A stretch of DNA of 32,000 bases, taken from Flavobacteriaceae bacterium. GTDB lineage: Bacteria; Bacteroidota; Bacteroidia; Flavobacteriales; Flavobacteriaceae. Position numbers and translations under genes: made by a program. Shown one piece after another: positions 15,301 through 21,200 of this stretch. The stretch is from NCBI GenBank assembly GCA_965224465.1, contig OZ245049.1, forward strand, positions 750,001 to 782,000. The letters are read 5' to 3'. The notes under the pieces were generated by a model. That model searched no databases and was not told the DNA's origin. It was given only the letters and a program-made list of their open reading frames with translations. Numbering within the stretch: position 1 is the stretch's first letter; the number at the start of each line of letters is the position of its first letter.

Positions 15301-18241
15301 CATTATTATAATCTAGTAACCAATTGGTACTTCCTGTAGCATATTTATAACTATGCGTAGAGAATGGATGTTTTAGTTGGAAGGCACCGTGGGCGAGTTC
15401 GTGTGCTACGGTTATCCCCCCAGCCCCAGAAGGGGGAGAATTTGCGGTAAAAATATAACCGAATTGTCTGCCTAGTGGCATGAGTCCTTTTTCTCCTGCG
15501 GAGCTTGGCTGTTTGTCTGTTAAGATTAAATAATAAGCTTCAGGGTTAAAGTTACCATGCTCTTTTAATGCCTTATTTATACTACGCTGTTGCTCCGTGT
15601 ATTGCGCTGCAAAGCCACTTTCTCCACTTTTTATAGTGCCGTCTGGTGTTAAACTGTTTAGGGTCGCTGTAAAATCGTTAATTACAGAAATATTTAGGCT
15701 AACTGCTGCTTGTTGGTAAATAGCTTTTAGTTTTTTTGTAATGGCACTTGTATTCGCATTTGAAGTATTTACCAATACTACGGCCACTTCCTTTATGGCA
15801 ATTTGGTATTGCATAAAAGCCCCTGCTATTTGGTATTTATCGCCTTGTTTTACTAAGGCTTGGGTTTCTATATCGGCATCGCTTAGCGTTCCTTTTAATT
15901 TTAAGGTGTAAGAAGTACTAGTACTATCTACTTTTTTCAGTCCTACACCATCTTTGGTTTTAAAAATAATGTCTTGAGGTTTTATACTATCGTTGGTAAT
16001 TTTGAAATTGGCAACAATAAAAGCTACCTTGCCCTTGGCTACCGCTTTGTAAGGCATGTAATAAGCTGCTCCTAACTTTTTGTACAAGTCCTTGGTTTGT
16101 GATTGGCTTGAGTTGTAGGCGTCGAATCCAGTGGGCAGTGTTGCAGTAGGCAGTTGGGTGAACGTTACGGTGACACCTTGTGCGGTGATGTTGGTGGCTT
16201 CTCCTTTGCTGTTTACGCCTGTGGTATTTTCCACAGTGGTAGTACCGCCTTCGGCTTGTGGACCTAATTCGGTTACATTTCCTTGTTCGTCTACATGGTA
16301 TTTTTTTGGTAGTACTGGCGGTTTTGCTTTGGGGTCTCCGCTATCGGTTATTATATAGTCTTCGCCTCCAGATAATTCTACAATGGGTGCTCCTCCTTTT
16401 CCTACTAATAATATATCTCCGTTGCTTGGGTCTACTAGGATTTCTGCTATTTGGAAGTTGACTTCACTGGTATTTACTTGTCCATCACCTCCATTAAATA
16501 GATCCCCTGTACCCTTTACACTACTCCATGTAGGATCGTAGGTAGTTTTAACGACTCCTTCATACAATTCGTAATCCGTATTTATTTTAATTCCTTTAAA
16601 CTCTACCGCTATTTTGGTATCTGCTAAATAAGGAACTACAATATATCCCGTTCCAGAAAAAGTTCCATTTCCTCCTTGTTTCTGTTTTACTGTCACAGGG
16701 AAATCTCCTGCCGTAAATGTTTCGTTCACGCCAATATTTGCCAATGGCTTAGTGTTGGTAATTTTAATTTCGGGGATAATACCACAGCTATAACTCACCG
16801 TTTCGTCCTTGGTAGGCATTGTAAACTGGTTTACATTGCTGTAAGTAAACGCTTGGTTTAAATCCGTTATCTCATGGCAAGTACCACCCACTCTAAAATC
16901 GTAGGTAACTCCTGCTTGTAAATTTGATACTTGGGCTTGGTTGTTATAAGAAAATATTTCGAACCATTCGGCATCGGCTACATCGGCACGTTTGTATTGT
17001 AAATGATACCTGTTGTGATCTGGATGTGTTTTCCAACTTATTTTCACACGCCCTGTATTTAGCGGTTCTGCCAAAGTCATGGTGGGTGGATAACACTGAT
17101 CTGTATAGGTAAAATAAAATATTTCGCTATACCCATTGTTCTTAAAAACCGAGTTTTCGCTCAATCCTGTTGTAGATTTTGCGCGTACCCGCCAAGCATA
17201 GGTACGCCCTGGCATTAATGGAGGCTTGCTTATGTTGTACGATATGGTAGTGGAATAGGTAGTCTCCGAATGATAAGGAGGCGCTGCTAAAAATCCTGCT
17301 TGAGGATCTATCTGCGTATCCCAAAGCTCACGCAGTTCAAACTCATAACTTACACCACTCGCATTGGCATGCCGTGGTGTCCATTGAAAAGTAATGTTGG
17401 TGGGTTGTATATTAGTCAATTGATCCCCTCGGTTGGGAATATTTAAAAAAGGAGGATCGTTTAACAGTAAAAAGATATTAGAACAGCCTCCCATTTTAGG
17501 ATTGGAGATGCGTTGTCCTGATAAAAAATCGTAGACTTCCCAACATATTTTGTAGCGTCCATCAGGTAGTGGTCTGTTGTATTGTTGTGGACTAATGCCT
17601 ATTAAATTATGTAACTGAAAATAGGCTGCTAAATCTATGTTTGTAAATTGTTGTGTACTTTTCCCATTGAGGTAAATAAAAGGTGCTCCTTGTACAAAAT
17701 TTACAGATTGTATATTGAGTCCCTGTCCTTGTATTTTTAATTTTAAGCGTATTTGACGGTTGCTAATATTGGCATCGTTCATGGTCAAATACAGCCGTAA
17801 TTTTACAGCAGACGTTGTTGCATAACTGTTTAGTTTTGTGTTATAAGGGGGGACTATATTTTGACTTACTTGTACTGGGTGGAGTTGGGCCTGTGTAAGT
17901 TGGCAGGTTAGCAATAGGCAGAATGCAGTTAGCAGTTTTGCAGTTGGCAGTAAGCAGTTGAGCATCTTTGTGAAAATAGTAGGCAATTGCTTGTTGTTGC
18001 GGATATTTGTAGTATGCGGTATGCAGTTGAGCATCTTTGTGGTAAGATTTTTTAAATTAAACTTTGATTTTATTTCACAACAGTGAGTACTGCAAACTGC
18101 ATCCAGAAAACTGCGTACTTTATAGACATCAGTGCTAAAACCGCATACTGCATACTTTAACCTCAACAACATTCCTGCAATCTGCTTACTGCTTACCATG
18201 CGTAACATTTTATTTATTAAATTTGAGAACATTCTTTTCAT
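12362..18241 (-). CDS. Giant modular polymorphic-toxin-like protein: FN3-rich N-terminal region, HExxH metallopeptidase motif, long helical region, hydrophobic pre-toxin helices, PD-(D/E)xK-like C-terminal domain
   Basis: 1959-aa ORF. FN3-like segments include TNITFQWTPRHANASGVSYEFELRELW...RTYAWRVRAKS and GRVKISWKTHPDHNRYHLQYKRADVADAEWFEI...GVTYDFRVGG. The peptidase motif is ITVAHELAHGAFQLKHPF. The C-terminus reads GNDFEKFV...VDYFVAD...IIIIENKLSSGTRLTPNQ. There is no T9SS CTD. The start is ambiguous. The ATG at 18241 overlaps the upstream stop (TAATG), but the first signal-peptide-like segment begins at Met93 (17965: MLNCLLPTAKLLTAFCLLLTCQLTQAQ). Confidence 0.9.
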   Translation of the reverse strand: MKRMFSNLINKMLRMVSSKQIAGMLLRLKYAVCGFSTDVYKVRSFLDAVCSTHCCEIKSKFNLKNLTTKMLNCIPHTTNIRNNKQLPTIFTKMLNCLLPTAKLLTAFCLLLTCQLTQAQLHPVQVSQNIVPPYNTKLNSYATTSAVKLRLYLTMNDANISNRQIRLKLKIQGQGLNIQSVNFVQGAPFIYLNGKSTQQFTNIDLAAYFQLHNLIGISPQQYNRPLPDGRYKICWEVYDFLSGQRISNPKMGGCSNIFLLLNDPPFLNIPNRGDQLTNIQPTNITFQWTPRHANASGVSYEFELRELWDTQIDPQAGFLAAPPYHSETTYSTTISYNISKPPLMPGRTYAWRVRAKSTTGLSENSVFKNNGYSEIFYFTYTDQCYPPTMTLAEPLNTGRVKISWKTHPDHNRYHLQYKRADVADAEWFEIFSYNNQAQVSNLQAGVTYDFRVGGTCHEITDLNQAFTYSNVNQFTMPTKDETVSYSCGIIPEIKITNTKPLANIGVNETFTAGDFPVTVKQKQGGNGTFSGTGYIVVPYLADTKIAVEFKGIKINTDYELYEGVVKTTYDPTWSSVKGTGDLFNGGDGQVNTSEVNFQIAEILVDPSNGDILLVGKGGAPIVELSGGEDYIITDSGDPKAKPPVLPKKYHVDEQGNVTELGPQAEGGTTTVENTTGVNSKGEATNITAQGVTVTFTQLPTATLPTGFDAYNSSQSQTKDLYKKLGAAYYMPYKAVAKGKVAFIVANFKITNDSIKPQDIIFKTKDGVGLKKVDSTSTSYTLKLKGTLSDADIETQALVKQGDKYQIAGAFMQYQIAIKEVAVVLVNTSNANTSAITKKLKAIYQQAAVSLNISVINDFTATLNSLTPDGTIKSGESGFAAQYTEQQRSINKALKEHGNFNPEAYYLILTDKQPSSAGEKGLMPLGRQFGYIFTANSPPSGAGGITVAHELAHGAFQLKHPFSTHSYKYATGSTNWLLDYNNGEHLPYVHWKAIHNPKLRIGVFDGDSEGESTTISGIPSKFKNSNGTYTFMTLNGSYITLPSKIENIRFVTSLDKINEFIKYPTGALIGFTLDSNKYKAKRVNNELSTDITITDFTFDYFGFESDTGEEFVLSEDNKRSFGKVIILILTDKSRRLSLNKVDNLTWGSQKETNILSNYNRFSKFYTGEVLEKNDYTFAKNIPFPELYNLEGKLIKEILGEIIDWNSLYLIASKIAVLNNAYPDAMDKVIPNYLSSVPSEIAYEALKTLKKDSLIQKYVQFVNGVKNETKDCAHLLSSIDGESKISDLHKCIAFLSNNEIEDISIDKKLIILSLMLDKWTLDNEKEKQLIRLIKFTKKTEVDGLLDGINSVSKVATADYNLLRKLVYKTDNDHTYFHEDNYKNLINVLADLNVNKSTFFLTELGSLKEDELIERNIKFYYKSFWNLTLGDLPVLWNFLNGKNLYSYDTRVKWLSEEDETISTISLYTDKFVGNDIVSTAIPLALHPYSPIYFTNKSGLSMLSEYNDDVPVISPAIVAFYASDVGNTQVVVDGVQATVDVASLASGYGALTKAPSLMRKTFIIADMLGSGVSLTTTAIGTENLSPQGKAFLDALNVLTATIAIGEISNVANLKKIFSKTKTLNKTLPSKNQAKLFLDKLKDAEGDIKTINTANPNKIKEAKIWVTHLEIEAGLGNVDDLVGDIAEAKRILGTTVKHSEAITALLNKMDDFPNLKTWVSNLDEVENIDIIKKIDEIGESYWSKLNMDFASKSNGDELKDLIVGAEDVEAWKLLKDDAAYAFELGEDGTGIWRKWAKANFFKVVTKKGNDFEKFVCLEKFKNRLSDKYLELKQKFSADFNKNLDEYDMFSQVQLSFGEVTLANGKKVDYFVADQVFVKYDAYGDIDDIIIIENKLSSGTRLTPNQKAAKGKGSYSVRASNPKKSKIDGSKNELKGGEILSFNGEIQWYKVHDGANGDIITGIKKI
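12365..12830 (-). other. C-terminal ~155-aa putative restriction-endonuclease-fold (PD-(D/E)xK) toxin domain
   Basis: The catalytic-type residues occur in the expected order: E in GNDFEKFV, D in VDYFVAD, E-x-K in IIIIENK (codons at 12578-12586), then TPNQ. This matches the generic E...D...ExK...Q layout of PD-(D/E)xK nucleases. I could not assign a subfamily. Confidence 0.5.
15389..15403 (-). other. HExxH zinc-metallopeptidase motif (HELAH) inside the toxin
   Basis: The reverse complement of gtgggcgagttcgtg is cac gaa ctc gcc cac. The context is GITVAHELAHGAFQLKHPF, with a third His 7 residues after the second. Confidence 0.7.
16311..17970. repeat. Copy 2 of the 1.68-kb direct repeat (partner 1..1681)
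   Basis: See the partner feature. It encodes aa ~93-643 of the 1959-aa protein. Confidence 0.97.
17925..18200. repeat. Short GCAGTWG/CTGCTTAC-type repeat field with an 11-bp perfect inverted repeat, at the 5' end of toxin paralog 2
   Basis: gcagtaagcag (17947-17957) is the exact reverse complement of ctgcttactgc (18182-18192). The unit gcagttgagcatctttg occurs twice, 69 nt apart, giving Met70 and Met93 (KMLNCIP.../KMLNCLL...). The region shares modules with 1820-1897, 2391-2453 and 2748-2810. Confidence 0.9.
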
Positions 18242-21200
18242 TAGTTTCTAAACCTATTAGGGTTCTTAAATTTATAGGTACTATTACTTCCTTCAATCCC
18301 TCCAGGTAACGTGTAGCTTAATTTTGTTTCATAAAAACCATATCTCATAAAGAGGTAATCATCATCCAAGAAATTAAGTAGTGAACTTCCTTTAGGTATC
18401 AATCCGTCCACATAATCATTCAATATTTGAGATTGCATATCTAGCCAATCCGCTTTATAAGCCTCCCCAAGGTTGTAGCGAAAAGGAAAGGTAGTTCTCA
18501 GTGTTTTATCATTTACTTCGTATTCCAAATTAGTTAAATAACTAGATAAAATAGGCATTGCATACTTAGGAGGTGTGCCTAATAATTGAACCTTTCTGTT
18601 TTCAAAAGTATACGTTCCTCCCATTGGATATTGGGCATATAATGGTGGATTTATATCAGCTGTAAAATAGCTATCCTCAAGCGTTGCTTCAATACTAACT
18701 AAAGGTATATGATCTGTAAAATTAGATCCTAAAAGTTCCATAATATCAAAAGGTTCATGATCATCCAGTCTATTGGTCAAATAAATAACATCAGAATAAA
18801 TAATTCCCCAATTATAATCGTTGGTATTGATGGAGTTAATTTTACGTTTGAATGTTTTGTATTTAGACGAACCAAATTCATACGCCAACCGTACTATCTC
18901 TCCATTTTTAGATACATTTTCTGCCTGTTTATTTTCTATGATTGCAGTATTCTCACCAGAATCATCACCTATATCGGCATTATGAGTTGTTGTATCCCCT
19001 CCTCGTTCTACGGCAGCTCCTTTAAGTCTACTAGCAATTTCCATGGTATAGTGTGTTTCTTGGGATATGTTCGGTATTTTATAGCTTAGTTTATTATCCG
19101 AAGTACTGTAATTAAAATCTATATCTTTTGAATTTCTATTGTTAGAACTATACTTCACAAAGCTCTCCCAGGCGGCATCATCAAATAAATAATCTTGCCC
19201 ACGTTTTAATTGAATGTACCCTTGAGCATACTCATTTTCTAAAAAATATTTCTGGTCTACTACTGGATATGCGTATTTGATATTGTGTAAGGGAATATAA
19301 TTGGGAGCTCCACCGGTAGTAAAGGTACGCTCTTCCATTTCTTTTGCTGGTTTACCATCTACCATTATGGGTTGAAAAATTCCATTAATTTTCTCTTTAA
19401 AACTCACCTCTACACGCACTGTTAATTCTTTATTTGGAGGTAAGATGTCTGAAGACACAAAATTAGCTCGGTCTTTAAAGGTTGACCATTCTATGACACC
19501 AGGGATTTCCTTCCCCTTGTATAAAACAGTAAATGTATCCACATCAATGCGGTATGTTTTATCACCATCATCTTCTGGGATAATTAATGGCACGCCCACT
19601 TTCATACTAAAAGTTACTTGCGGAACGGCAAAAATGTCTAAGTCTTTTATACCATTATCAGGTGACACATCTGTAATAATTTTTAAGCCACCCAAAGGTA
19701 TCCCATTATCAAATTCACATTCTTCTCCAATCGTAAGTTTAAATCTAAACTTACCTTTTACCAATCCTCCCAACACATTAAAATTACCCCCCACATAGCC
19801 ACGCATCCAAACTGGATTTGGCGCTTTGGCTTGCAATAATACAGCAGCTCCACCTTTAATGATTGGTATTTTCTTCTTCACAAAAAACAATTTGATTTGA
19901 ATCCCTAATTCTCCTTGTAAATAGGCGTATGCTTGTCCATTTGCATACCAGCCATTAATCCCTACTTGCTTCCCAGTATTGGAACAAGAAGCTTCTCCAT
20001 AATCTCGTAACATGATATCAAAACCAGTACCTGCCTGAAAACGAGCATATAACATCAAAAAACGTAAATCTCCTGTATCAATAGCCAGATCAGCTCCAAA
20101 AGCGAACCCTCCCCCGGACTTTAAGGCATTTTCGTCGCGCATATAATCCAATACATCTGCATCTACTCCTAGAATTTCTGCAACAATTGGAGGCGGAGGC
20201 GGAGATCCTGGAAGCTTGGAACCTACCATTAAGTAGCCCCCTGTTTCCAAAAAAACAGTCCCAACACCTATTTTTATTCCCAACCTATCTTCTGGAGTTC
20301 CTATATAAATATACCATTCTTCTTTTGCAAAATGTAATACTGCCCATCCAGCTCTTCCACCAGGGCCTCTACCCTGAATAAACCCTCCTGGAGTATTAAT
20401 AGTAACATCCAATTCTCCGTGCAATACATCATTTTGAAAATCATAGGTTATTCCCATTTTCGCACAAATATCCATTCCTTTGCTAGGGTCTACTTGTGGA
20501 AAATTATTAGCTGCCTTGTCCATTAAATTTCCCCCAGCCCAAGATTCATCATCTTTTGGCGTACTTAGAAATTTTTCGGCTATATCAACATTTTCTTTTA
20601 CTTTATTTAGAAGGTCTGAAATTTTTTCTATCCCAGGAATTTTAACTCCTAAAAAGGTTGCTTGACCATAAAACCCCATGTTGTTAATTCCGCCATGGCG
20701 ATTAAACAAAATTTCAAAACCAGCACTTCCTTTAATAACTTCGTCCTTCACCATATTAAACATCACCATTGCTTTAAAGCCAAGTCCGAGGTCATGATCA
20801 GGGGTATAACCAATTCCTGTAGGTGAAAATGACGAAGAAAAACCTTTCCGTTTCATCCGATATGATGCGCCACCAGCAAATCCAGTCAAATTCATATAAC
20901 CGGTCCCAATAGAAAAACCATCCACCATAGCTTCAAATTGCCAATACCTAAAATCTGTTTTTCCAAACACTCCTTTAGCCGCAGCTTTTATACCAATACT
21001 TTTAAAATTGGCAGTTAATGATGCTGCAAACCCATCTCCATATTCTGGGTCATCTCGCATTAATTTTAACCATCCTTCTATAGAAAACCCTCCTAAATCC
21101 GCCTTTATAGTAATTTCATCCAATCGCAGTCCATCAAACTTCCATTTTTGACGATAATCTTCTTCTTCAAAACTCCCTATGACTCCTAAGCTGGTTGCAG

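Noticed and set aside
1-18241. Diversity-generating retroelement (DGR). An Avd-like four-helix-bundle gene lies next to repeated segments shared by large surface proteins, which might be read as a TR/VR pair.
   Set aside because: There is no reverse-transcriptase ORF anywhere in the window. The repeats are 1.68 kb of coding 5' region, not a ~100-150-nt VR at a gene's 3' end. The mismatches among the three copies of the 89-nt segment and in nt 1-90 are few and show no consistent adenine-specific pattern. The four-helix-bundle genes are decayed.
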